NCBI GenBank assembly: GCA_965223265.1
Contig: OZ244999.1
Span: 5,184,001-5,248,000 of the forward strand
DNA from: Planctomycetota bacterium
Lineage (GTDB): Bacteria > Planctomycetota > UBA8108 > SXIK01
DNA length: 64,000 bases
Direction of reading: 5' to 3'
This document shows positions 10,916-19,938 of this stretch, piece after piece. The notes below the pieces were generated by a model that did not search any database, was not told where the DNA came from, and saw only the letters and a list, made by a program, of their open reading frames with translations. A program made the position numbers and the translations under genes. Positions within the stretch are counted from its first letter, which is position 1; the number at the start of each line of letters is the position of its first letter.

Positions 10916-11326
10916 GTCGTATCGGGCTCCATGGTGAACACTCTAAGGTCGACGCTGCACCGCCGCGATCCAGACGCGAGCGGCCGGCACGAAGAAAACT
11001 CGTACAGATCCTACCGATCGCAGACGGCGCGCCGGTAAGGAATTCGCCTCGGGCGCTCCGATTTCTCTGCGGCCACGAAGACTGGCGGCGCCAAGACACC
11101 GCTGCAGAGACGCAGGGTCGCTGAGGAGACCGCCGGTCTGAGGACGAAGGCATACACCCGGGTGTTGCACACAACTCCGCCGTCGGTTCATATGGCATCG
11201 ACCTACGCACCCGCGCAGTAGGCCACGATCGTTCTGGTCGTACGCTCGCACTCGACGCTACGGGCGATCGCGAGGCCGTCTCCTGCTGCGATGAGGCACG
11301 GTCGAGCACTGGACGAAGAGACGCCC

Positions 11327-12301
11327 ATGGCCATCCACATCTACTCACACGCTGCCCTTCTGCGACACGAGACAGGCCCCCATCCGGAATGCGCCGATCG
11401 CATTCGTGTGATGGAATCATCGCTCAAAGAGGCGCCTCAATTGAAAGGCCGCCTCGAGTGGCGCGACGCCGAGCCAGCGACAGAGCGAGATCTGCTCCGA
11501 TGCCATAGCAAAGAACACGTCGACCGCGTCACCGCTGCAGCAGGAAAATCGGGGCGATTCGACGCGGACACCCCGTATTCACCGCAGTCCAGCGACGCGG
11601 CCCGACGCGCGGCCGGACTGACGATCGCAGCCGCACAAAGGGTCTTCGAGTCAGGACAGCCTGCCTTTTGCCTTGTGCGGCCGCCAGGCCATCACGCCAC
11701 TGGCAAACACGCGATGGGGTTCTGCCTCTTCAATAACGTCGCCATCGCGGCACGCGCGGTTCAGCAGATGGGCTGCCGGAAAGTGTTGATCGTTGATTGG
11801 GACGTGCACCACGGAAACGGCACGCAGGACATCTTCTATGAAGACGCGACGATCTTTTACTACTCACTGCATGCGCACCCCCACTACCCGGGCACCGGAG
11901 GCTCTCACGAGACGGGCCGCGGTGACGGGCTAGGAACCACACTGAACCGCCCGCTGCCACACGGGTTCTCACGCCGGCGCTACGTCGAAATCTTCTCCGC
12001 CGACGTGACGAAGATCCACCGCGACTTCGCCCCCGACTTAGTGATCGTGAGCTGTGGCTTCGATGCCCATTGGCAAGATCCTCTAGGTGGACTCACGCTA
12101 CGCGACGATGACTTCGCAACTCTCACCGCCCGGCTTCTCGGCTTGGATGAGAAAATGCGCCTCTTGTCTGTCCTCGAAGGCGGATACAATTTAGAGACAC
12201 TCGGGAAGAGCGTTGCGGCGCACGTCGGAGCCCTGGAGCGGCGGGACCTCGACCGAACAAACACCTCCCGTGGCTCGCCGGACGCTGGTGCTCGTCCGTA
12301 G
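11327..12301 (+). CDS. Histone deacetylase family (Zn-dependent) amidohydrolase
   Basis: [31 protein letters not shown], GFDAHxxDPLG and LEGGY motifs. Confidence 0.95.
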   Translation: MAIHIYSHAALLRHETGPHPECADRIRVMESSLKEAPQLKGRLEWRDAEPATERDLLRCHSKEHVDRVTAAAGKSGRFDADTPYSPQSSDAARRAAGLTIAAAQRVFESGQPAFCLVRPPGHHATGKHAMGFCLFNNVAIAARAVQQMGCRKVLIVDWDVHHGNGTQDIFYEDATIFYYSLHAHPHYPGTGGSHETGRGDGLGTTLNRPLPHGFSRRRYVEIFSADVTKIHRDFAPDLVIVSCGFDAHWQDPLGGLTLRDDDFATLTARLLGLDEKMRLLSVLEGGYNLETLGKSVAAHVGALERRDLDRTNTSRGSPDAGARP

Positions 12302-12378
12302 CACTTTTTTCGACAATGCTTCGCACCGAAGACCAGGTCATTCGCGAGTTACGGCCTCACAAGCTGGAGAAATCCTCG

Positions 12379-13455
12379 ATGACACTACGTTTCATGACGT
12401 CGCCGATCGCAGTTGCCAGCGTACTCTGCGCCTGCGTTTCAATCCTCGGCGCCGACACCAAACCGCGAGCCAGTGGCACGAAGGCGAAAAAGCCTGTCGA
12501 TCCGATCGTCAAGCCTGGCCTCGAGCTGCGCCAGGCTAGGAAGTTTGATGCCGCCGTCGACGCCCTTCAAGCGGCACTCGATAGAGACCTCGACGACGAG
12601 AGACGCGCACTCGTGCTGTTCGAACTCGGCCAAACGCATTACCTGAGGGCTCAGCACTCCAAGGACCTCAATCTCTCGCCCGAAGACGCCGCCGCCGCTC
12701 GCAATCAAGCGCTGACAACGTTCGAGCAGGTTTTCCGCAGACTGCCGCAGACTGCGAAAGCCGGCACGTCACGCTATATGGCGGGTTCGACCTACTTACT
12801 CATGGAAAAGTACGATGAGGCCCTGAGCTCATACCTCGCCGCGTACCGCGAGTATCCGAAATATGAAGCCCGCTCGCGCGCGCTTTTGCGTGCCGGCGTG
12901 ACGCTGGCAGGGCTCGACCGACCGGCGGAGGCACGACGGATGTACCAGCGGGTCATACGTGAGTTTCCGCAGCGGAAATTCGACGTGCGCAAAGCGCGCA
13001 GCTACACCCAGCAGATCGACATCGTGGGTAGACCAGCGCTCAACTTGACGCCGGCAACTTGGCAGAACGGAGTGGTCGACGGCAGCGCGGGGCTGAAGAC
13101 ATTTGATGGGGAAGTCGTGGGGGTCGTGTTCCTCGCCACCTGGTGCACCAGCTGCAGCAAGGCGCTTCCCCAGCTGCGCGGTGTGATGGAACGCTGGACA
13201 GATGCCGGAATCGTCTTTCTGGGCGTTCTGAATCCTAAGGACCCCAAGAGCACGATGCCGCCTCGCGCCTATGTGGAGAAGTCTCGTCTCGATTTCGTCG
13301 ACATCGGCTTCATCGAGAATCAGCGAGTGTGGAACGCCTACCGCGCGCAAAGCCTGCCGGCAGTAGCGCTGATCGACCGCCGAGGCACAGTGCGCTGGCG
13401 AGGCCACCCAGTTTTCTTTCCAGTCCCCCTGGCGACCAAGCTCCTAACGGAGTGA
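12379..13455 (+). CDS. Exported TPR-repeat plus TlpA/thioredoxin-like disulfide oxidoreductase
   Basis: GGAG RBS before ATG 12379; signal-like N-terminus; BamD/YfiO-like TPRs; FLATWCTSC CxxC; LPAVALIDRRGTVRW cis-Pro motif. Confidence 0.8.
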   Translation: MTLRFMTSPIAVASVLCACVSILGADTKPRASGTKAKKPVDPIVKPGLELRQARKFDAAVDALQAALDRDLDDERRALVLFELGQTHYLRAQHSKDLNLSPEDAAAARNQALTTFEQVFRRLPQTAKAGTSRYMAGSTYLLMEKYDEALSSYLAAYREYPKYEARSRALLRAGVTLAGLDRPAEARRMYQRVIREFPQRKFDVRKARSYTQQIDIVGRPALNLTPATWQNGVVDGSAGLKTFDGEVVGVVFLATWCTSCSKALPQLRGVMERWTDAGIVFLGVLNPKDPKSTMPPRAYVEKSRLDFVDIGFIENQRVWNAYRAQSLPAVALIDRRGTVRWRGHPVFFPVPLATKLLTE

Positions 13456-13582
13456 GATGATCCGCAGATGGTTCGCAAAAAAGTGTCAGGTTTCTGGGCG
13501 CTGGGCAGATGGCGCAACCGGCACGTGAAACCTAAGATAATTATATACATAGGTTTATAGCAAACTCTATGTATTGAGGGAG

Positions 13583-13598
13583 TGGCATGCGGGTTGCT
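13583..13598 (+). promoter_or_regulatory. sigma54 (RpoN) -24/-12 promoter
   Basis: TGGCATGCGGGTTGCT has GG-N10-GC spacing and differs by one base from TGGCAC-N5-TTGCW. It follows an AT-rich tract with the inverted repeat AAACCTA/TAGGTTT (13528-13556). Confidence 0.75.
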
Positions 13599-13608
13599 TT
13601 ATTGACCA

Positions 13609-13732
13609 CTGAGACCCAAAACCCTAACCCAACCCCCTCCCTCAATTGCATCCTCGACCCCTTCGAGGATCCCTCCAACCAAGGGCACCGGCTGGCCGCG
13701 AAAGCCACCCAGCCGTGCCCTTCGTGTCTTTC
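13609..13732 (+). ncRNA. Candidate sigma54-dependent C-rich small RNA or leader RNA
   Basis: Begins at the predicted +1 of the sigma54 site. C-rich tracts with two CCCTCC; hairpin ATCCTCGA-ccccT-TCGAGGAT (13650-13670); terminal 14-bp stem (13681-13722). Confidence 0.5.
13681..13732 (+). terminator. Putative intrinsic terminator/attenuator hairpin
   Basis: AAGGGCAC(C)GGCTGG pairs with CCAGCCGTGCCCTT; weak U-tract (CGTGTCTTTCT). Confidence 0.55.
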
Positions 13733-13954
13733 TGGGGCGGGGTGACGCAGGCGGTGGTTGAGATTCGTTCGTGCGTTTCAGCTTTCGGCTCGAAGCCTTT
13801 TGAGCGCCGAAGGTGGAGAAAAAACGACTCGCACTACCCAACAACGCGGCGGAACGGTCCAACTGCGGTTAGACTCGAGTTCGCTCGAGTTGACCTCACC
13901 GCCGGGAGCGCTTCAATGCCCGATCACCCCTCGACCAACGCAAAGCGTCGGCCC

Positions 13955-16900
13955 ATGTTGCGCGCGGCGCTTTTCCTCTCCACGCTTCTCGTCAGTGGAA
14001 CAACACCACTGATGGCACTGCGCATCACCGAGGTGTTCTACCACCCGGCCGCGACCGAGGATCCGCAGCAGATCCTGGAGTTCGTCGAGCTCTTCAATGA
14101 CTCCTCGGTCGGGGTCGACCTGGGCGGTGCCTACTTCAGTAGCGGAATCGATTTCGTTTTCCCCGAAGGCACGTTTCTTTCGGCCCAGTCCTACCTCGTG
14201 GTTTGCCGCGATGCTGAGGCTGTCGGACGTCGGTATGGCATCGACAATGTGATCGGCAACTTCGCGCGGCGGTTGAGTGACGGCGGCGAACGCCTCGAGG
14301 TGCTGACCCACGCTGGCGCGCCGCTGGCTTCGATTCGCTACCGAGACCGCGGCGACTGGCCCGTAGCGCCCGACGGCGCTGGCTACAGCCTCTCACTGCG
14401 GCGACCGCACAGCGATGGCCAGCGCGTCTCCGACTGGGCGGTCAGTCGGGAGGTGGGCGGCACTCCAGGCGAAGAGAACTTTCCGCCGACAGAAACCATC
14501 GACACCGTCCTGATTGCGGCCAACGGTCCGGACGCTCACTGGCTCCTGCGCAAGGGGCGCGATCCCGAGAGCGGCCGGCCCGCAGAGTTTTCGAATCCGC
14601 CCGACGCGTGGTATCAGCTGGATTTCGACGCGTCGCAATGGGAAGCGGTTGAGGCTCCCGTCGGCTACAACGCGCCGGGCATAGCGACGGAACTGAACGA
14701 CATGCGCCGTCAGTATCTCGCCTTCGCACTGCGTCGTGAGTTCGAGTTGACGCCGGAGGCAATCGACGAAGCGGAGCGACTCGTGCTCTCATTGCGTGTC
14801 GACGACGGGGCTGTCGCGTATGTCAACGGCGAGACAGTCGCAACGTTCAATCTCGATCTCGCCCCCGGAGAGGTCGTCAGCGCGACCACGCGGGCCCGCG
14901 TCGCTCGCAATATGGAGGACGGAGAGATCACGTTCGAACTCCCCCGGGAGCTCTTCCGCGCCGGTGTCAATGTCGTCGGTGTGCAAGTCCACAACGCCGG
15001 AGCTGGCTCCGACGACGCTGGCGTTTCGGTCTCGCTGGTCTCGCATCGCCAGCCCGACTCTGAGCCGCCTGCGGCCGTCGCGATCAACGAGGTCATCGTT
15101 GCAGCGACTGATTCCCAGCGACGAGTCGAGCTCATGAATCTTACGTCGGTCCCGGTGGATCTGTCCGGCTATGAGCTCTCGGACGACCCAGGAGGGTCGA
15201 CAGGCTTTCGTTTTGCGGCCGGAACGACAATCGCGGCCAACGGATTCCTGACGCTGACCGAGACCGAGCTCGGATTCGAGCTCGGTGAAGATCGGATCCG
15301 CCTCTTCCTACACGACGCCACCGGGCGCCTTGTCGACGCGATGCAGCAGGATGGCGCGCCAACCACTGCACCGTCTCAGAGTCACGCGCGGTTTCCCGAT
15401 GGCGTTGGCGGCTGGTGGGTTTCCACCCAACCGACACCCAATGAGGCAAATCGCGTCGATCTTGAGCGCAGCGTCGTCATCAATGAGATCATGTTCCACC
15501 CGCGTCAGATCGACCAAAACGGTCAACTGATTCAAGACACATCGTTTGCAGAGTACATCGAACTGCTCAACGTCTCGGATCGCCGCGTCAGCCTGGACGG
15601 CTTTCGTTTCGACGCTGGAATCCAGTTTGCATTCGGAGCTGAACACGAGATGGCTCCAGGCGAATATCTCGTCGTCGCGCGGCGACCCGAATGGGTTCGA
15701 CAAACATATCAGCTCACACCGCAGCAAGTCGTCGGACCACCGAGCGACGCGTCCGCAGAGGAGATAGAGCGCTTCGGGCGTCTGAGCAATCGTGGTGAGG
15801 CGCTGCGTCTCGTCGATCCCTTCGGCAACACGGTCGACGAGGTCAGCTACGCCGACGAGGGCGACTGGGACGAATTCGCTGACCACGGTGGATCGAGCCT
15901 GGAGCTCATCGACCCGCTGCACGACAATTCGTTCCCTCACGCCTGGACGGCAAGCGACGAGAGCGCAGGGGCGAGCTGGACGGAAATCGATTACACGGCG
16001 CCCCTCACGTTCCCGAGCCCAGGACCACCGGAGTTCGAACTCCACCTCTATCTCATCGCGCGCGGCGAGTGTCTCATCGATGCGGTCTCAGTCGTTGCGG
16101 ACGACGGAGAAGAGCTCGTACCGAACGGCAGTTTCGAAGGGGACGACGATTCGCCAGAAGTCGGCACGGGCACAGAACCGTGGCGCCTTTGGGGTACGCA
16201 CGATGCTTCGTTCCGCACCACGCAAGAGTCGAGCGAGGGAAGTGCCAGTTTGCATCTTGTCGCGCTCGGCTCGGGGAACAACAAGGCGAATCGACTCGAG
16301 GTCGATCTGCCAACGGTCGAAGGCGCCAGTCAGGTGCGAATACGCTTAGCAGCGCGCTGGCTCGCCGGGTCGAACATGCTGCACATCAGCGGTCACAACA
16401 ACGCCTACGGCCGCACGGTTGCGCTTTCGCTGCCGCCGCGCATGGGGACGCCTGGCAGGGAGAATCGAGCGACGCGGCAGCTGCTCGACCGCCGTGGTGA
16501 CACGAACCTAGGTCCCGTCGTCAAAGACGTCCGGCACGACCCTGCCGTACCCAACGCGGGGAGTCAAATCGCCGTCACCGCGCACGTAGTGGACGGAGAT
16601 GGAATCGATCGTGTCGAACTCGTCTACACGATCGACGGGACGGAGACGCCGGCGCGTTTGCCAATGCTCGACGACGGTGCGAACCGAGACGGTGTGGCGG
16701 GCGACGGGATATTCGGGGTGATCATCGGATCGCTACAAGACAACACGATCGTCGACTTTTGGATCGAGACAGAAGACTCGGCGCGTGCCGTCCACGCCTA
16801 CCCGTGGAACGCACCACAGCGAACGCTCAATTTCATCGTCGCACCGCCGCTAGAAAGTAGCGTTTTGCGCTACCGATTGGTGATGAACCAAGCCAGTCGC

Positions 16901-18532
16901 GAGCAGCTCAACACGCAGCTTCTTCACTCCAACCGCCTCGTTCCAGCGACTCTCGTCTTCGAGGAGTCCGAAATCTTTTACGAAGTAGGAGTTCGCTATC
17001 AAGGCAGTCCGTGGGGTCGCGCTGGGCGCGACATGTTCCGAGTCCGCCTGCCAGGTGACCGCCGCTTACGCGGCGAAACGAAGAGAATCAACATCAAAGA
17101 GCAGAACAGCCAAGAACAGGGCACCGCACGTCAACTATTCTTCAAGGGATCCGTGCCCGGGGCGATCGTACCGATATCGCCTCGCTACGAATACGGCACG
17201 GTCCGTATCAATAATCCTTCCCAGGATATGGAAACGAAGGGGATCATTCGCCCCATCGATAAAGACTACGTTGCCTTCAACTGGCCGGAAGATGCGGAGG
17301 GCACGGGCTGGAAAATTGCCGGCAAAATTGCATTCGACGACGACGGCTCAATGTCGGGCGCCGAAGGAGCTTTCTTTCGCCTCTATCGGGACGGCCCCTA
17401 CCCAGGCGTCGACCATTTCGAAAACCTGCGCCACTACTTCGAGCCTAGGGTGCGGAAGGACGAGGACCGATTCGCAGAACTCGTTCGATTGCTCCAAGCA
17501 ATGGATCAGCGCGCTACGCCCGATTCGGAATACGAGGCGACTCTGGAAGACATCATGAACGTCGAGTCGTGGTTGCGAACGTTTCTCCTGCGGCTGCTAC
17601 TCGCGGACACCGACACGATCGGCACGGTCGGTTCAGGGGGCGGAAAAAACGCGTATCTGTACTACGCTCCCGTCGAGGAGCGACTCTATCTTATCCCGTG
17701 GGATCCCGACTTCTCTTTCGGCAATTCAGATCACGAACTGACGCCCCCCGGAGACCGGCGGTGGGGGCTTACCCGCATTTTCACGCGACCGAAGTATCGA
17801 CGCCTCTACGGGCGTCTGCTCCACGAATATGTCCACGGCGCGTTCTCACGAGAATACGTTCAGCGCTGGACCGATCTGGTCAGCGAGACAACCGACGCCG
17901 TCAGCGTTGGCCCAGCAAACGGCGCGGTGAATTTCACGGCGGCCAGAGGCGCCCGTGTCCTCGACTTCCTCGGCGATGCGGCAACGGCAGCCCTCTCGAT
18001 CACGACGCCCTCCCCGTTCACGGCAACGTCGACGTCGGCGGTGATCGCGGGGACGGCGCCGCTCACGGCCGCGACGCTACAGATCAGTACCAACAACGCG
18101 CCTTTCGAGCCGTTCGAGCCAGAATGGATTGGCCCCCCGCAGGCCATTCCGTGGCGGTGGCAACACCAGTTGACGCAGCTTCGCAGCGGCGAAAACACCA
18201 TCCGCATTGCAGCCTTCGAGCCGGATGGCGCGACAATCGACGTGGCGGCGATCACCGTCCGTCTGGTCGACCGTGAAGCCGACTTTCTCCGTGGAGACGT
18301 CAACGGAGACGGCACCCTCGACCTGAGCGATCCTGTCGAGATTCTCAACTACCTGTTTCGCGAAACTGCCCTTACTTGCCTCGACGCGGCAGATGTCAAC
18401 GACGACGGACGCCTCAACGTTTCGGATCCGATCCGCGTCGTCCTGCATCTTTTCGCCGGCGGTCCGTCACCGCCAACACCGTTTCCTGACGTTGGGGCCG
18501 ACCCCACCGAAGATGCTCTCCGTTGTTTCTGA
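13955..18532 (+). CDS. Secreted lamin-tail-domain / CotH-kinase / dockerin-like multidomain protein
   Basis: Signal peptide from ATG 13955 (alternative 13916). Three LTD-like starts (ITEVFYHP, INEVIV, INEIMFHP); DDGAVAYVNG jelly-roll; PMLDDG..DGVAGDG motif; CotH-like KNAYLY..PWDPDFSFG; C-terminal RGDVNGDG dockerin. Confidence 0.85.
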   Translation: MLRAALFLSTLLVSGTTPLMALRITEVFYHPAATEDPQQILEFVELFNDSSVGVDLGGAYFSSGIDFVFPEGTFLSAQSYLVVCRDAEAVGRRYGIDNVIGNFARRLSDGGERLEVLTHAGAPLASIRYRDRGDWPVAPDGAGYSLSLRRPHSDGQRVSDWAVSREVGGTPGEENFPPTETIDTVLIAANGPDAHWLLRKGRDPESGRPAEFSNPPDAWYQLDFDASQWEAVEAPVGYNAPGIATELNDMRRQYLAFALRREFELTPEAIDEAERLVLSLRVDDGAVAYVNGETVATFNLDLAPGEVVSATTRARVARNMEDGEITFELPRELFRAGVNVVGVQVHNAGAGSDDAGVSVSLVSHRQPDSEPPAAVAINEVIVAATDSQRRVELMNLTSVPVDLSGYELSDDPGGSTGFRFAAGTTIAANGFLTLTETELGFELGEDRIRLFLHDATGRLVDAMQQDGAPTTAPSQSHARFPDGVGGWWVSTQPTPNEANRVDLERSVVINEIMFHPRQIDQNGQLIQDTSFAEYIELLNVSDRRVSLDGFRFDAGIQFAFGAEHEMAPGEYLVVARRPEWVRQTYQLTPQQVVGPPSDASAEEIERFGRLSNRGEALRLVDPFGNTVDEVSYADEGDWDEFADHGGSSLELIDPLHDNSFPHAWTASDESAGASWTEIDYTAPLTFPSPGPPEFELHLYLIARGECLIDAVSVVADDGEELVPNGSFEGDDDSPEVGTGTEPWRLWGTHDASFRTTQESSEGSASLHLVALGSGNNKANRLEVDLPTVEGASQVRIRLAARWLAGSNMLHISGHNNAYGRTVALSLPPRMGTPGRENRATRQLLDRRGDTNLGPVVKDVRHDPAVPNAGSQIAVTAHVVDGDGIDRVELVYTIDGTETPARLPMLDDGANRDGVAGDGIFGVIIGSLQDNTIVDFWIETEDSARAVHAYPWNAPQRTLNFIVAPPLESSVLRYRLVMNQASREQLNTQLLHSNRLVPATLVFEESEIFYEVGVRYQGSPWGRAGRDMFRVRLPGDRRLRGETKRINIKEQNSQEQGTARQLFFKGSVPGAIVPISPRYEYGTVRINNPSQDMETKGIIRPIDKDYVAFNWPEDAEGTGWKIAGKIAFDDDGSMSGAEGAFFRLYRDGPYPGVDHFENLRHYFEPRVRKDEDRFAELVRLLQAMDQRATPDSEYEATLEDIMNVESWLRTFLLRLLLADTDTIGTVGSGGGKNAYLYYAPVEERLYLIPWDPDFSFGNSDHELTPPGDRRWGLTRIFTRPKYRRLYGRLLHEYVHGAFSREYVQRWTDLVSETTDAVSVGPANGAVNFTAARGARVLDFLGDAATAALSITTPSPFTATSTSAVIAGTAPLTAATLQISTNNAPFEPFEPEWIGPPQAIPWRWQHQLTQLRSGENTIRIAAFEPDGATIDVAAITVRLVDREADFLRGDVNGDGTLDLSDPVEILNYLFRETALTCLDAADVNDDGRLNVSDPIRVVLHLFAGGPSPPTPFPDVGADPTEDALRCF

Positions 18533-18674
18533 AGTCGCGCACCTACGACGGTCAGGGGTACTTGGGCAGATCGATATAATCGATATCGATGCGCACGAAA
18601 CGTGGCGCGGGAGCACAACAGAACCGCGCCCATGCTCACCCGTCTCTCCCACCACGACAGAACCTGAGAGTTGT

Positions 18675-19451
18675 TCACGCTTTCTTTTCGAACACGCCGA
18701 TCAACGAAATCCCGAGCGGGAATGGATTGATTCGATCCGCGAGGCGCGACAGCCCGACGCCGTAGCGTGCGTACAGCTTGACTTGACCGGACGGCAACAT
18801 CGAGCGCTTCAGCACTTTACAGTTGAGCCACCAACCGAACGTGCCAACTGGATTGAAATAGCGCAAGCGGGAAGTCACCAGTCCCGCGTCCTCAGCCACG
18901 GCACGCAGCCGCGCTCGGGAGTATCTGCGGAAGTGGGACAGGTTCTCGTCGAGTGAACCGAACAGGAAGGGATGAGCCGGTACAAGAATCAGCGCCACGC
19001 CACCAGGACGTAGAAGGCTCTCGACGTGCCGCATGACGGCACCGTCGTCCTCGATGTGCTCGAGAACGTTCGTCGAAAAGACGAAGTCAAACCCTGCTTC
19101 AGCGCTGGTAAAACGCTCCGGGCAATACGTCGCGGCGTCCGCCACAACTGCTTCGAGTCGCGAGTCATCGATTTCGCGCCGCAGCCGATCGACGTAGGCA
19201 CTCTCTAGATCCACCGCGTGGACAAACGAGATACCCGAGTGCCGCAACAGGATTCGTGTTAGATTACCGATGCCGCAGCCGACCTCAAGTACCCGGCCGG
19301 CGAACGGTCGAGGCGACAGGGCCACGAGTCGCGAAAAAAGAAACTCCGAATAGGAGTCGCTCTCGCTGAGCAATTCCAGCGTCGCCTCGCCAATCGCATC
19401 GGTGGCCTGCTGCGGCGTCGCGGCAGGCTCGCTCTCTGTTCGGGAGGTCAT
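18675..19451 (-). CDS. Class I SAM-dependent methyltransferase
   Basis: VLEVGCGIG, NVLEHIEDD, LRPGG, VPAH..D..HFRRY motifs. Confidence 0.9.
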   Translation of the reverse strand: MTSRTESEPAATPQQATDAIGEATLELLSESDSYSEFLFSRLVALSPRPFAGRVLEVGCGIGNLTRILLRHSGISFVHAVDLESAYVDRLRREIDDSRLEAVVADAATYCPERFTSAEAGFDFVFSTNVLEHIEDDGAVMRHVESLLRPGGVALILVPAHPFLFGSLDENLSHFRRYSRARLRAVAEDAGLVTSRLRYFNPVGTFGWWLNCKVLKRSMLPSGQVKLYARYGVGLSRLADRINPFPLGISLIGVFEKKA

Positions 19452-19867
19452 GTTCCCGATTCCTCCGATTCAAGGTCGAGGGCATCATCGGACGCGTCTT
19501 CTTCGACATCCGACGACTCGGGGACCTCCTCCATCGCCTCCTCATCCTCAATCGGCACCGTATCCTCAATCGGCACCGTGCGGCGACGCAGAGGTAAGCC
19601 ATCGGTGCGGGACGCACGGTCGGCGAGCTGTTCGACGCGCCGCGAAAGCGAATCGATCCTACGCAGGATCTCGCCACGCGACCGCTTCACTTCCTCGACG
19701 CTTCGAGAAAGCCGCGACAACGTTGCATCAAGATCGTCGAGTTTTGCTACAGCGCTGCCGTCGCCATTGCTACCGTTTTCCTCATCGACCCCTTGCGAGA
19801 CCAAGAGAAAGGTTGCCGCATTGAGAAACAGAACGACCACGAGCAGAGTAAGAAGCAACTTCGCCAT
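19448..19867 (-). CDS. Hypothetical membrane protein (TM, coiled coil, acidic tail)
   Basis: ATG 19867; its stop overlaps the methyltransferase start (ATGA). Confidence 0.65.
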   Translation of the reverse strand: MAKLLLTLLVVVLFLNAATFLLVSQGVDEENGSNGDGSAVAKLDDLDATLSRLSRSVEEVKRSRGEILRRIDSLSRRVEQLADRASRTDGLPLRRRTVPIEDTVPIEDEEAMEEVPESSDVEEDASDDALDLESEESGT

Positions 19868-19938
19868 CTCGGCCGACTCCAAAAAAAAGCCTCGGCATAG
19901 TATCGGCAGATGGTCCTCTACCGCTGCAGTCGACGTTG

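Noticed and set aside
13646-13915. N-terminal extension of the 1628-aa ORF
   Set aside because: TTG start without an RBS, running through RNA hairpins; the signal peptide starts at about 13955.
19544-19579. 18-bp direct duplication (VPIEDT/VPIEDE)
   Set aside because: A small in-frame duplication in a disordered acidic tail with no sign of function.
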